Part shown: in pieces, positions 46,759 to 56,964 of the stretch
Layout: each line of letters starts with the position of its first letter
Numbering within the stretch: position 1 is the stretch's first letter
From: an uncultured Gammaproteobacteria bacterium
GTDB lineage: Bacteria; Patescibacteriota; Patescibacteriia; UBA10025; JAHIVO01
Length of the DNA: 64,000 bases
Assembly (NCBI GenBank): GCA_964415025.1
Contig: CAYPXF010000001.1
Location: 9,390 to 73,389, forward strand
Direction of reading: 5' to 3'
Made by a program: the position numbers and the translations under genes
Notes under the pieces: generated by a model
The model's input: the letters and a program-made list of their open reading frames with translations, nothing else
The model's database searches: none
Told to the model about the DNA's origin: nothing

Positions 46759-47718
46759 TCACGCAGGCAATGATTGTTTGAAATTTTGTTTATAGCGCCG
46801 CTGTAACGCCGGCCAAGTAAAACGGTGCGTCTGCGTACCGTACTTCTCTACAGTGTACGCGCTGGCTACTGCGCCGAGACGGCCGGCTGTCGGCATATCA
46901 TAACCCTGAATAATACCATACACCAAGCCCGCGCGGTACGCGTCTCCGGCTCCGGTCGGATCAGAAGTATTTTTTGGTTTAGCCGGCGGTATATGGTGGC
47001 GCTTGCCGTGCTCCATAAGTATCGATCCCTGTGCCCCTTTGGTGATAACGACCAGCCGGCATTGTTTGTTTAATGCTGATATAGAATATCCTGCTTTCTT
47101 TTGTAACAGGCTGACTTCATAATCATTACCGATAAAACCGAAGGCGCCCCTGATAGCACGACGCAGGTCTGTTTTTGTCAGGCTGGTAATCTGCTGTCCG
47201 GGGTCATACACATACGGCGTGCTTGTTCGCTGGTACAGCCGTGGCAAATTCTTCATGTCCCCCATATTGCCCGGTGAAATGATAGCTATTGACCTGATGC
47301 CAAGCAGTTTTTGCGGCGGTCGCTTATTTGATTTTAGCATAGCACCGGGGAAAAATCCGGCTATCTGGTTATCGTCCTTGTCAGTGATGATATAAGCTGA
47401 TCCTGTAGGGTATTTTCTGTGATAAGAACAATACGCAGTTCCCATATTATTTTTTTTGCACCAAAGCCGGTATGATTTGAAATCATGGCCATACCCGCAC
47501 AGCATTTCAACCGGCACGCCAAAAAGTGAGAGGTTATATGCAATATTACCGGCTGTACCGCCAAAACTTTCACGGAATGTGTGCACGTAAAAACTGACGT
47601 TCAAGATATGCGCCTTATCCGGGATAATATGGTCCTTAAAATAACCCTTGAAATTCATGATCCGGTCATAGGCCAGGGAGCCGGATACCAATACTTGATC
47701 AAACTGCCGTTTAGGCAT
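46759..47718 (-). CDS. PfkB-family carbohydrate/adenosine kinase
   Basis: SGSLAYDRIM, FGGTAGNIAY, DPGQQ, NDYE, DPTGAGDAYRAG. Confidence 0.9.
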   Translation of the reverse strand: MPKRQFDQVLVSGSLAYDRIMNFKGYFKDHIIPDKAHILNVSFYVHTFRESFGGTAGNIAYNLSLFGVPVEMLCGYGHDFKSYRLWCKKNNMGTAYCSYHRKYPTGSAYIITDKDDNQIAGFFPGAMLKSNKRPPQKLLGIRSIAIISPGNMGDMKNLPRLYQRTSTPYVYDPGQQITSLTKTDLRRAIRGAFGFIGNDYEVSLLQKKAGYSISALNKQCRLVVITKGAQGSILMEHGKRHHIPPAKPKNTSDPTGAGDAYRAGLVYGIIQGYDMPTAGRLGAVASAYTVEKYGTQTHRFTWPALQRRYKQNFKQSLPA

Positions 47719-48568
47719 ACGCTTTCAGTGATTCAGAAATATCTATATCGCTAATATCATGTTTGACTAATGGCTTTTCCTGCAGAGCCGGTAATTGATC
47801 GTGGTAAGTAGGCTGTTGTGTTTGGTATAAAACACCGAGTGGAGCCTTTTCCTGTCCTGTGGTAGCTGCGGCAATGGCCGCCGAACGATCATGTGGATCA
47901 TGGCCTGCTTCATCCAGCTTGTAGATGCGCTCCTGATACCATTGGTGAGTGTTGACTTTATTAAACGTAACGCACAGCTGCAGAATATTAATAAAGGCAA
48001 AACCGCGGTGCTGGATTGCCTGCTTTATCAGTCCTGTTAAATGCGGAATATCGCCGGAAAATCCCTGGGCTACAAATGTCGCTCCATTGACTAAGGCGAC
48101 AGCTAATGGATTAAACGGCTGGTTAATCGAACCGTACGGCGTAGACTTTGTTTTCATGCCTTTCATCGACGTGGGTGACATTTGACCCTTGGTCAGGCTG
48201 TACAATCGATTATCATGAACTAGATACGTGATATCGAGATTACCGCGCATGCTATGGATAAAATGGCTAACCCCTTCGCCATATCCGTCGCCGTCTCCAG
48301 AATCCGCGATCACGGTCAGCTCATGGTTGGCAAGCTTAATGCCGACAGCGGGCGGCAATGACCGGCCGTGGATGCCGTGGAATGTATACACATTATAAAA
48401 ATTAGCGCCGTTTGATGAGCAGCCAATGCCAAATGTCATGGCTACTTGGTGTGGCTTGAGCCCCAGTTCAGCCACTGCCTGTTTGGTGGCCGGGTTTATG
48501 CCGTAGTTGCCGCATCCCGGACACCAGGTTGGTTTATATGAACTGGTATAGTCTTTTTGTGTGGGCAT
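47711..48568 (-). CDS. 2-oxoacid:ferredoxin oxidoreductase beta subunit
   Basis: WCPGCG, GIGCSS, HGRSLP, GDGDG...DNRLYSLTKGQMSPT. Confidence 0.95.
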   Translation of the reverse strand: MPTQKDYTSSYKPTWCPGCGNYGINPATKQAVAELGLKPHQVAMTFGIGCSSNGANFYNVYTFHGIHGRSLPPAVGIKLANHELTVIADSGDGDGYGEGVSHFIHSMRGNLDITYLVHDNRLYSLTKGQMSPTSMKGMKTKSTPYGSINQPFNPLAVALVNGATFVAQGFSGDIPHLTGLIKQAIQHRGFAFINILQLCVTFNKVNTHQWYQERIYKLDEAGHDPHDRSAAIAAATTGQEKAPLGVLYQTQQPTYHDQLPALQEKPLVKHDISDIDISESLKAYA

Positions 48569-48570
48569 AA

Positions 48571-50313
48571 TTATTTCAGGTTTTTAATTGTTTCGACAAG
48601 CTCTTCACAGAAAAAAGGCCGGCCGTCATATTTCAGAATCTTATAATCCGGATTCAGGCCAGTCTGTTCGCGCATCCAGCCGGCGAATTGAGCCGTTTTA
48701 TTTCCCTCGACAACAGCTACTTTTTTTGCTTTCTTAAATGCGTCCTTTACCTGCTTGACTGGAAATGGACTAATGCTGGCAATATGCAGGTGGTTCACTT
48801 TTTTCCCCTGACCGGCTAATACCGTCATGGCTTCCCGAATGACACCCTTAGTAGACCCCCATGAAATCAGGGTTAAATCAGCCCGCTTATCACCGGCAAG
48901 CTCTGGTACTGGCATATCCTGGATAATCAACGCTTCTTTACGGAACCGCTTGTCAACCATTCTGGTGCGCATAGCCGCGCTTTCTTCGGAAAATCCGATT
49001 TCATTATGTTCATCACTGTTTTCCACATGTTCGCCGCCCGGGGTGCCCGGATATACGCGCGGTGATACGCCGCTGTCTGTTAACGCATAGCGTTTATATT
49101 CATCCAGCGAGGCAATATCCTTTTCGGTCAGCACCTGTCCGCGATCCTTGGCAATAGGTACTAACTTCTTTACACTGACCGACTGTCGGCTGGCGGCTAA
49201 ATACTTATCTGTCAGGACCATGACTGGTGTCTGGTATTTTTCGGCGATATTAAATGCTTGCTGCATCATGATAAAACATTCCTCAATATCGCCCGGTGCC
49301 AGGACTACGCGGGGGAGCTCACCATGTGAAGCGTTAAGGACAAATTTCAAATCTTCTTGTCCACCCCAGGTCGGCATGCCTGACGACGGGCCGGTCCGCA
49401 TGGCTTCAACAGCGACAATTGGCACTTCCATCATGCCGGCCATGCCCCAGGCTTCGGTCATCAAACAAAACCCACCACCAGACGTGCAGGTCATAGCGCG
49501 TACTCCGGCAAAACCAGCGCCAATAGCTGTATTTATGGCCGAAATTTCATCCTCAACATGTTTTACTACGAGATTGTATGTAGGCGCCTGCTTAGCCAGC
49601 GTATGCAGGATTGAACTGGCTGGTGTCATGGGGTAGGCTGATAAAAATGTACAGCCGGCCTGAATCGCTCCCCAGGACAATGCGTCATTACCTGTTAGCA
49701 CGATTCTATCTTCTTGGTTGCCTGCTTGTATTGAATACTGAAATACATCGCTATACTGCCCACGAATATAATCATAACCAGCCCGTGCAGCTGCAACATT
49801 TACTTGTATAACCGTGTCTTCCTTATGCTTAAGCTCAAAATTAAGCTCTATGACTTGTTGCAGCGACTCAAAAGGCATGTCTACTAGTGCGAAACTCGCT
49901 CCGAGCGCAACGGCATTTCGAGCCACGCGGGGCGCCCCGGCTTTTTCAGCCATCGTCTCCAGCGACATGCCGATTAATGCCGCCTTTTCCGGAAAAGTCG
50001 CTTGGTTAATATCTGTATTATCAGTGTTATATATAACTGCAGCGTCTTCTGCCAGTTCGGCTACGTGTTTATCCACTGTCGGCTGGTCAAGTGCTACTAA
50101 AATATTTACCGGACGGCGCTGCGCGTTGAGCGGTTTATCCGAAATGCTCGCTTCAAATGTATTATGTCCGCCCCGGATCAGTGACGGGTATTCTGAATAA
50201 TCAAAAACGTATTTACCAAACCGCAGCATGGCTCGGCTAAACATAGCACCGGCTGAAGCTATGCCATAGCCTGCTTCGCCGCCAATTTTCCAATGAATAG
50301 AAGTATCAGCCAT
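48571..50313 (-). CDS. 2-oxoacid:ferredoxin oxidoreductase alpha subunit (gamma-alpha fusion)
   Basis: GGEAGYGI, SLIRGGHN, YPMTPAS, EDEISA, TSGGGF, RTGPSSGMPT. Confidence 0.95.
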   Translation of the reverse strand: MADTSIHWKIGGEAGYGIASAGAMFSRAMLRFGKYVFDYSEYPSLIRGGHNTFEASISDKPLNAQRRPVNILVALDQPTVDKHVAELAEDAAVIYNTDNTDINQATFPEKAALIGMSLETMAEKAGAPRVARNAVALGASFALVDMPFESLQQVIELNFELKHKEDTVIQVNVAAARAGYDYIRGQYSDVFQYSIQAGNQEDRIVLTGNDALSWGAIQAGCTFLSAYPMTPASSILHTLAKQAPTYNLVVKHVEDEISAINTAIGAGFAGVRAMTCTSGGGFCLMTEAWGMAGMMEVPIVAVEAMRTGPSSGMPTWGGQEDLKFVLNASHGELPRVVLAPGDIEECFIMMQQAFNIAEKYQTPVMVLTDKYLAASRQSVSVKKLVPIAKDRGQVLTEKDIASLDEYKRYALTDSGVSPRVYPGTPGGEHVENSDEHNEIGFSEESAAMRTRMVDKRFRKEALIIQDMPVPELAGDKRADLTLISWGSTKGVIREAMTVLAGQGKKVNHLHIASISPFPVKQVKDAFKKAKKVAVVEGNKTAQFAGWMREQTGLNPDYKILKYDGRPFFCEELVETIKNLK

Positions 50314-50327
50314 ATGTTAAATAATTT

Positions 50328-51482
50328 TTACTTTTTACTGTTCTTATAGTATACACTATTATAGATTTGCTGCACAATTTCACCCGCTTCATCAGTAGGC
50401 ACCGTCAGCTGGTGCGGCCGAGGCTTGAGCGTGAGTCCCCGCATGACCCGGCGGCGTACGACCAGGCTACGTTCCCCGATTCCGCCGGTAAATATGACGG
50501 CATTAACACTGCCTAAACGTCCGGCATACATATGTATATAGTCCTGAATACGTCTCGTGAATATTGTGAGCGCCTGGCGGGCACGCTGCCGCTGCTGTTG
50601 AGTAAATGTTTTACGACCGTGGTAATCAGCCACCGGCTCACCGGCCGCGCGCAATATTTCTCGCATATCACTGGTAAAGCCGCTGATACCGAGCAATCCG
50701 GACTGCTTATTGAGTATGGTCTCCATCTGCGCGGCTGTTTTCTCCAATCGCCGCTGCATCAGTAATGGTACGGCCGGATCAAGCAAGCCAGAACGTGTGC
50801 CCATGACCAGTCCGTCGAGCGGCGTAAAACCCATAGATGTTGCGATAACCCGCCCCCGGTTAAAAGCGGTCACTGAACAGCCGTTACCCAGGTGGACACT
50901 AATGAGTTTTAATTTTCGAAAAGGTTTATGCAATTTATCGGCAGCCTGACGGCTGACGTAAGCATGGGATATACCGTGAAAACCATATTTCCGGATATGA
51001 TGATTCGTATACCACTCATATGGCACGGCATACAAAAATTCTTCAGGTAATAAATCAGCATACAGCGCCGTATCAAACACTGCGATATTCTTTGCCTGCG
51101 GAATAGATGTAAAACAGTCGCGGATGACTTGCAGATTAACCGGATTGTGCAATGGCGCCAGATTATTATAGTGAGTGATTTTGCGCCATTTTTTTTTAGT
51201 AACGAGTGTTGGTATAGTAAACTGTTCACCGCCGTGCACTACCCGATGCCCAATGTATGCAATCTCTTCCTGATTAATATCCCACTGTGCGAGAATCTGC
51301 TTCAGCGCTGCCGAATGGTCCTGAAGTTTGAAACGCTTAATGCGTTTATCAAAACTAATAAACGCGTGAGTCGAGCCGATTTTTTCAGCAATTGCCCGGT
51401 ACCGTGTTTTTGTGTTACCAGATCGATATAGCGCTGCTTTGAGTGTGGCAGAGCCGGCATTGAGTATGAGAATATACGTCAT
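50328..51482 (-). CDS. ackA: Acetate kinase
   Basis: LNAGSATLK, GHRVVHGG, APLHNP, VFDT, YGFHGISH, HLGNGCS, GTRSG, FTGGIGE. Confidence 0.93.
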   Translation of the reverse strand: MTYILILNAGSATLKAALYRSGNTKTRYRAIAEKIGSTHAFISFDKRIKRFKLQDHSAALKQILAQWDINQEEIAYIGHRVVHGGEQFTIPTLVTKKKWRKITHYNNLAPLHNPVNLQVIRDCFTSIPQAKNIAVFDTALYADLLPEEFLYAVPYEWYTNHHIRKYGFHGISHAYVSRQAADKLHKPFRKLKLISVHLGNGCSVTAFNRGRVIATSMGFTPLDGLVMGTRSGLLDPAVPLLMQRRLEKTAAQMETILNKQSGLLGISGFTSDMREILRAAGEPVADYHGRKTFTQQQRQRARQALTIFTRRIQDYIHMYAGRLGSVNAVIFTGGIGERSLVVRRRVMRGLTLKPRPHQLTVPTDEAGEIVQQIYNSVYYKNSKK

Positions 51483-51778
51483 ATATTTAAATATGATTTA
51501 ATGCGTTCGGTCTCCTGCTGAACCAACGGAGTGTCATACTGGCCGCTGTGGCGCGGACCCCGTCCATACGAAGGTTTTTTTTCGTCATAATGCACGTTGA
51601 AGACGACCTCATCCCCATCATCAACATATACGTGAAACCGCGGATACTGACCGCTCCGTAACCGGCGGATAAAACTCGTAGTACCAGAACGCCTGTCCTG
51701 AAACGCATGGTACCCTAGCCGTTTCATGAACACATGGATATTATAGGACAATTTTTTTCTATTGATTCGCAGCTGCAT
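51479..51778 (-). CDS. Small basic hypothetical protein
   Basis: 99 aa, YPRFHVY...HYDEKKPSY...HSGQYD; translationally coupled within the operon. Confidence 0.75.
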   Translation of the reverse strand: MQLRINRKKLSYNIHVFMKRLGYHAFQDRRSGTTSFIRRLRSGQYPRFHVYVDDGDEVVFNVHYDEKKPSYGRGPRHSGQYDTPLVQQETERIKSYLNI

Positions 51779-51780
51779 GG

Positions 51781-52353
51781 CTACAGGATAATTTCTCCGG
51801 TCGCGCCTGGTGAAATACCAGCGGCATTGGCTTCATCAGTGTCCAAATGCACTGCCAGATCGTCAATGTCCTGTCTGGACCGTACCACCACATTATGAAA
51901 GGTTACTGAACGCTCCCCGCCGATACGGATCGAAACCGTGTCCAGATGTTTGATACCGAGCTCGGCTGCCTGCTCCGGGGCGATATGCATATGCCGTTTT
52001 GCCACTATTACACCACACGATAAATCGACTGAACCATGGGGCCCTACCAGCGTGATTCCCCCGGGCGTATCAGCCAGATCACCTGATATCGCAATATGCG
52101 GTTTGACACCGAGCGTATAACAGTCTGTCACAGCGAGCTCTACCTGTGTCGCCTCACGCACCGGGCCCACCACACGGACATTATCAATACTGCCTTTTGA
52201 GCCCCGGAGTGTAATAGTCTGCGCTGCGGCAAACTGTCCAGGCTGTGATATTTCAGTGGCACAGATAAGTGCATCAGCCGAGCCGAATAGTGCTACTACA
52301 TCAGCTTTTGCCAAATGCACGTGGCGCGCGGAAATTTCAATTGGAATGTCCAT
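51781..52353 (-). CDS. pduL: PduL-type phosphotransacylase
   Basis: SARHVHL, SQPGQFAA, VRVVGP, TQVEL, VAKRHMH, HLDTDEANAAG. Confidence 0.92.
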   Translation of the reverse strand: MDIPIEISARHVHLAKADVVALFGSADALICATEISQPGQFAAAQTITLRGSKGSIDNVRVVGPVREATQVELAVTDCYTLGVKPHIAISGDLADTPGGITLVGPHGSVDLSCGVIVAKRHMHIAPEQAAELGIKHLDTVSIRIGGERSVTFHNVVVRSRQDIDDLAVHLDTDEANAAGISPGATGEIIL

Positions 52354-52356
52354 ATA

Positions 52357-53943
52357 CTATGTCATAAGTAAATTATGTCCGGTCATTTCCGGCGACGCTG
52401 GCAATCCCATATAGACAAGCATGGTGACGGCCACATCTGATAATATGCCGGTCGGCTGGAGCATGCTTAAATCATAGTCGACTATCAGATCCTTATATAA
52501 AGTCTGCCCCTGCCACTTGTTAGCAACAGCAATTAAAGGAACCGGATTAACGCTGTGTTCTTTATCAATTTCACCTGTCTGCAAATTAATCAACTCTTCA
52601 GCATTGCCATGGTCCGCCGTGATAAAGAGTAAACCGTCCTTTTCCAGCACTTTACGGGCCAGCTGTCCCAGACATTCATCTGTTACTGCTACTGCTTTTT
52701 CAGTGGCCTCGAGATTACCAGTATGCCCGACCATGTCCGGATTAGCGTAATTCACCACGCAAAAGTCATACTTGTCTGCATCTATTTCCTTAATCAGGCG
52801 CTCCGTGACTTCGTGAGCGCTCATGGCTGGCGCCTGATCATATGTCGATACTTGGGGAGACGGGATAATAACATTATCCTGGTTTTCAAACGGCTCTTCT
52901 CTGCCACCGTTAAAAAAGTAGGTTACGTGCGCGTACTTTTCTGTTTCTGCTATGTGGAGCTGTTTGAGTCCGGCCTCGGCAATAACGCGCGCCATAGGGT
53001 AATCAATTTTCTCCGGAGGAAAAGCAACCTCTACGGGTAAATCTTTATCATACTCTGTCATGGTGACGAAAAATATATTTTTAATATAATCGCGCTCAAA
53101 CTTATTAAACCCTGGCAGGACAAAAGCCGTAGTGATCTGGCGCGCACGGTCAGGCCGGAAATTAGCGAAAATCACCGCATCATTTTTATTGACCGTGGCG
53201 GTTGGCTTTGCCTCGGTGCCGATGACTGTCGGAATAAACTCCTCGTCATATATTTCTTGTTTATAGGATTCTTCGACGGCCTTGATTGGGTCTTTATAAT
53301 ACTGCTCTGACCTGCCTTCAGCAATGGCGCGGTAGGCTTTTTCCACACGCGGCCAGCGGTTGTCACGATCCATGGCATAAAATCGCCCTGATAGCGAAGC
53401 AATTTCACCGAATTTGAGCTCCTTAATTTTTTCCTGTACCTTTTTAACATAGGATAACCCGCTATCGCGTGGGGCGTCACGTCCATCAAGTATGAGATGC
53501 AAATAAACGTTTTTTAATCCCTGTTTTTGGCAGAATTCCATGAGAGCGAAGTAGTGATCTGTCGAGCTGTGAACACCGCCCGGCCCGATCATACCCAGCA
53601 AATGCATCGCTGATTTGTTTTTTTTGGCGTGTTCGGCCGCCGCCACAAATTTTTCGTTTGTGAAAAAACTGCCGTCAGAAATTGTCTTTGATATTCTGGG
53701 TAAATTTTGATAAATAATTCTGCCGGATCCGAGATTCAGGTGCCCCACCTCTGAATTGCCCATCTCGCCCCAGGGTAGGCCTACTGCCTCACCAGATGCC
53801 TGCAACGCCATGACTGGAAAAGTATCAATAAACCACTGCATGTTTGGAATTGGTGCAGTCGAAATTGGATTTCCCTTGCCAGCCGGGGCTATGCCCCAGC
53901 CGTCTAGGATCGCTAGGACTGTTGGTTTATTTGGTATTGGCAT
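52357..53943 (-). CDS. gpmI: 2,3-bisphosphoglycerate-independent phosphoglycerate mutase, copy 2
   Basis: ILDGWG, GNSEVGH, GRFYAMDRD, AETEKYAHVT, NPDMVGHTG, TADHGNAE. Confidence 0.95.
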   Translation of the reverse strand: MPIPNKPTVLAILDGWGIAPAGKGNPISTAPIPNMQWFIDTFPVMALQASGEAVGLPWGEMGNSEVGHLNLGSGRIIYQNLPRISKTISDGSFFTNEKFVAAAEHAKKNKSAMHLLGMIGPGGVHSSTDHYFALMEFCQKQGLKNVYLHLILDGRDAPRDSGLSYVKKVQEKIKELKFGEIASLSGRFYAMDRDNRWPRVEKAYRAIAEGRSEQYYKDPIKAVEESYKQEIYDEEFIPTVIGTEAKPTATVNKNDAVIFANFRPDRARQITTAFVLPGFNKFERDYIKNIFFVTMTEYDKDLPVEVAFPPEKIDYPMARVIAEAGLKQLHIAETEKYAHVTYFFNGGREEPFENQDNVIIPSPQVSTYDQAPAMSAHEVTERLIKEIDADKYDFCVVNYANPDMVGHTGNLEATEKAVAVTDECLGQLARKVLEKDGLLFITADHGNAEELINLQTGEIDKEHSVNPVPLIAVANKWQGQTLYKDLIVDYDLSMLQPTGILSDVAVTMLVYMGLPASPEMTGHNLLMT

Positions 53944-55472
53944 AAAATCTTATTACCCATTTCTTTTGGTTTAGGCAAATGCAGCATATGTAATATGGTT
54001 GGGCCAATATCACAGAGCGCACCCTTTTTCATTGGCTCTTTGTTTGAAATCTTTTTATTGATAATAATAAATGGCACCGGGTTATTGGAATGAGCAGTAT
54101 CGACCTGCTCTGTATCCGGATCAATCACTTCCTCAACATTCCCGTGGTCAGCGGTAATAATCATGGTACCATTATGCTCCAATACTGTACGGTGCAGTTT
54201 GCCGAGACATTCATCGACTACTTCCACCGCCTCAACACTAGCGTTTAAATCACCGGTATGCGCTACCATATCCGGATTGGCATAATTTACCGCGATAAAA
54301 TCGTGTCCTTGTTTGCCAATATCATCTATTATCACTTTTGTAATCTCACGAGCGCTCATGGACGGCAGATCACGATATGAATACGCGTGCGGTGAGTGAA
54401 TAATGACACGATCCTCGCCCGCCACGGGATGATCATACCCCCCATTAAAAAAATACGTCATGTGCGCATACTTTTCTGTCTCGGCTACATAGAGCTGCCG
54501 CAGTCCGTCAAGCGCCATCGGCAAGGTATTTTTTATAAACCGTGCCGGATATGCTGACAATACACCGGGTAAATCAGGGCCAAAATCAGTCAAGGCGATA
54601 AACTTGAGATTTTTTAATCTCTTCTTACGTTCAAAACCATCGAAATCCGGCTGTACAAATGTTTTTGTCAGCTGGCGGACACGGTCAGAGCGTAGATTAA
54701 AAAATATGACTGCGTCATTATCACTAATTTGCCCCTTTTCCCGGCCGGGCAACTTGACCACGGTCGGCTTAATATATTCATCGTTTTCCTGCCTATTGTA
54801 AGCCTGGAGGATTGCATCGTCAGCAGATTCAGTAACCCTGCCTTTGCCCTGAACCAGCGCTTCATAAGCCATTTTAGTACGTTTCCATTCCTTATTCCGG
54901 TCCATGGAGTAGAATCGTCCCATGACCGTGGCAATTTTTTCTGTACCCAGCGTTTTTTTAAACCTTTGCAGTAATTTTATAGCGAGATACTGGTATGAAT
55001 CACGTCCGTCGGTAAACAAATGCAGATATACTTTTTTTATCCTTTTGAGTCGAGTCAGAGTCATGAGCGCCAGCACGTGGTCAGGATCGGCGTGGGCAGA
55101 CTGTTCTGCGGTAAACAAGCCCATCAGATGCAGTTTTGAATCATGTTTTTTGACATGATCGAGCGCTGTGATAAAAGCCGGATTTTTGAAAAAAATACCG
55201 TCGTTAATACTGCGGGAAATATGCACTGAATCTTGTTCGACTACCCGTCCCGCGCCGATATTCATATGACCTGCTTCTGAATTACCGCTTTGGTACGGCG
55301 GTAAGCCAACCTGCTTGCCAGAGGCCTGGAGTAGCGTATGCGGATATTTTTTAAAAAAGCTATCCATCACCGGCGTATCCGCCAAAAGGATAGCATTGCC
55401 GACTGTCTGTGTGGTAATACCCCATCCGTCGAGTATAACAAGTACAAATGGGCCTGCTTGTTCTGTAGTCAT
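53913..55472 (-). CDS. gpmI: 2,3-bisphosphoglycerate-independent phosphoglycerate mutase, copy 1
   Basis: ILDGWG, GNSEAGH, GRFYSMDR, AETEKYAHMT, NPDMVAHTG, TADHGNVE. Confidence 0.93.
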   Translation of the reverse strand: MTTEQAGPFVLVILDGWGITTQTVGNAILLADTPVMDSFFKKYPHTLLQASGKQVGLPPYQSGNSEAGHMNIGAGRVVEQDSVHISRSINDGIFFKNPAFITALDHVKKHDSKLHLMGLFTAEQSAHADPDHVLALMTLTRLKRIKKVYLHLFTDGRDSYQYLAIKLLQRFKKTLGTEKIATVMGRFYSMDRNKEWKRTKMAYEALVQGKGRVTESADDAILQAYNRQENDEYIKPTVVKLPGREKGQISDNDAVIFFNLRSDRVRQLTKTFVQPDFDGFERKKRLKNLKFIALTDFGPDLPGVLSAYPARFIKNTLPMALDGLRQLYVAETEKYAHMTYFFNGGYDHPVAGEDRVIIHSPHAYSYRDLPSMSAREITKVIIDDIGKQGHDFIAVNYANPDMVAHTGDLNASVEAVEVVDECLGKLHRTVLEHNGTMIITADHGNVEEVIDPDTEQVDTAHSNNPVPFIIINKKISNKEPMKKGALCDIGPTILHMLHLPKPKEMGNKILCQYQINQQS

Positions 55473-55478
55473 GATAAT

Positions 55479-56744
55479 TTATTTTACCTCCTGCTCAATC
55501 TCCATCAGACGATTATACTTACCCGTCCGCTCCCCACGGGTCGGGCCAACCTTCACATATTCAGCGTTAACTGCAACAGCCAGATCAATCATAAAGGTGT
55601 CATTTGTCTCACCGCCGCCGCGATGTGAAATTACCTGCCAAAACTTATGCTTTTTACCGAGCGCGACCGTATCGATCGTCTCAGTCAGAGTCCCGATTTG
55701 ATTGAGTTTTATGAGCACGCCGTCAATAGCCCGGAGGTCAATTGCTTTTTGCACGCGTTCCTCATTCGTGACGGTAAGGTCATCACCGATTATGCGGGTA
55801 CTCCCACGCAGCTCGGCATAGAGTGCCTGCCAACCGCTCCAGTCATCTTCAGCCAGACCATCTTCAAGCGAGATAATTGGATATTTTTTAATCCATTCCC
55901 TGAACAAACCGATCATCTGGTCTGCAGTCAGTCCTGCTCCTTCACGTCGCAGCACGTAGCTGCCTTGTTCTGCATCATACAGTTCGCTGGTCGCCGGATC
56001 TAGCGAGATCGAAACATCTTTGCCCGGTTTGTAGCCAGTCTGTTCGATAGCTTGCATCATTATCTGAAGCGGCTCTTCATTTGATTCTATGCCGGCCGGC
56101 GCAAAAGCGCCTTCGTTCCCGACATTGGTACTCATATTGCGCTGCTTAAGCACCTGCTTGACCGCCTGATACACTTCCTCGCCCCAGCGTACTGCTTCAC
56201 GCACTGATGGCGCGCCGTTGATGCTGTATAAATATTCCTGGAAATCAGTCGAATTGTCGGCGTGGGCACCGCCTTCGATCACTACCATCATCGGCTTGGG
56301 AATATTCCATTGCTTATACTGCAGTTTGTATTTATCGCGGATATACTTGTACAGCGGCTTATCGGCAGCCGCTGCACCAGCACGGGCCGTGGCAAGTGAA
56401 ACCGCCAATATAGCATTGCCACCCAGTTTTTGTTTGTTTGGTGTACCATCTAGAGCCAGCATGATCTCATCGAGTTTTCTGGGATTAGTGACTGCCTTGC
56501 CTTTCAGTGCTTTGGCAATGACAGTTTCGATATTTTTACATGCCTTAAGCTGGCCTTTGCCGTTATACCTTTTTGGATCCTTATCTAATAAAATAAATGC
56601 TTCGTGTGACCCGGCAGATACGCCGAATGGAACTGATGCCTTCGCCCTGATGCCATTCTCTAGCTGTACTTCCGCCTCAACAGTAGGGGCGCCGCCTGAT
56701 GACAGTATTTCACTGGCAGAAATTGATTTTATCTTATTACTCAT
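55479..56744 (-). CDS. eno: Enolase (divergent)
   Basis: PTVEAEV, LGGNAILAVSLA, GGAHADN, SLEDG, GDDLTVTN, IKLNQIGT, SHRGGGET, KYNRLMEIE. Confidence 0.92.
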   Translation of the reverse strand: MSNKIKSISASEILSSGGAPTVEAEVQLENGIRAKASVPFGVSAGSHEAFILLDKDPKRYNGKGQLKACKNIETVIAKALKGKAVTNPRKLDEIMLALDGTPNKQKLGGNAILAVSLATARAGAAAADKPLYKYIRDKYKLQYKQWNIPKPMMVVIEGGAHADNSTDFQEYLYSINGAPSVREAVRWGEEVYQAVKQVLKQRNMSTNVGNEGAFAPAGIESNEEPLQIMMQAIEQTGYKPGKDVSISLDPATSELYDAEQGSYVLRREGAGLTADQMIGLFREWIKKYPIISLEDGLAEDDWSGWQALYAELRGSTRIIGDDLTVTNEERVQKAIDLRAIDGVLIKLNQIGTLTETIDTVALGKKHKFWQVISHRGGGETNDTFMIDLAVAVNAEYVKVGPTRGERTGKYNRLMEIEQEVK

Positions 56745-56802
56745 AGTTTTATTTTATGAATTTTTTATTTAGTTATATTGCTTTTATTCTTTTACCATTC
56801 AT

Positions 56803-56893
56803 AAATCCGAAATCACAAATTTTTAAACAGTTTTGAATTTAATCAATTTGGTATCTGAATTTGTTTCGAATTTTTATTTCTGATTTAGGACTT
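56803..56893. repeat. 7-nt-periodic inverted-repeat spacer without cargo between pgk and eno
   Basis: AAATCCG AAATCAC AAATTTT TAAAC versus GTTTC GAATTTT TATTTCT GATTTAG GACTT. Confidence 0.6.
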
Positions 56894-56964
56894 ATTAACT
56901 GTGAATAACCACCCCATAAAATCAATCTTCATAAAACAACGGTAACTGCGCCAAATCTTTAGTA

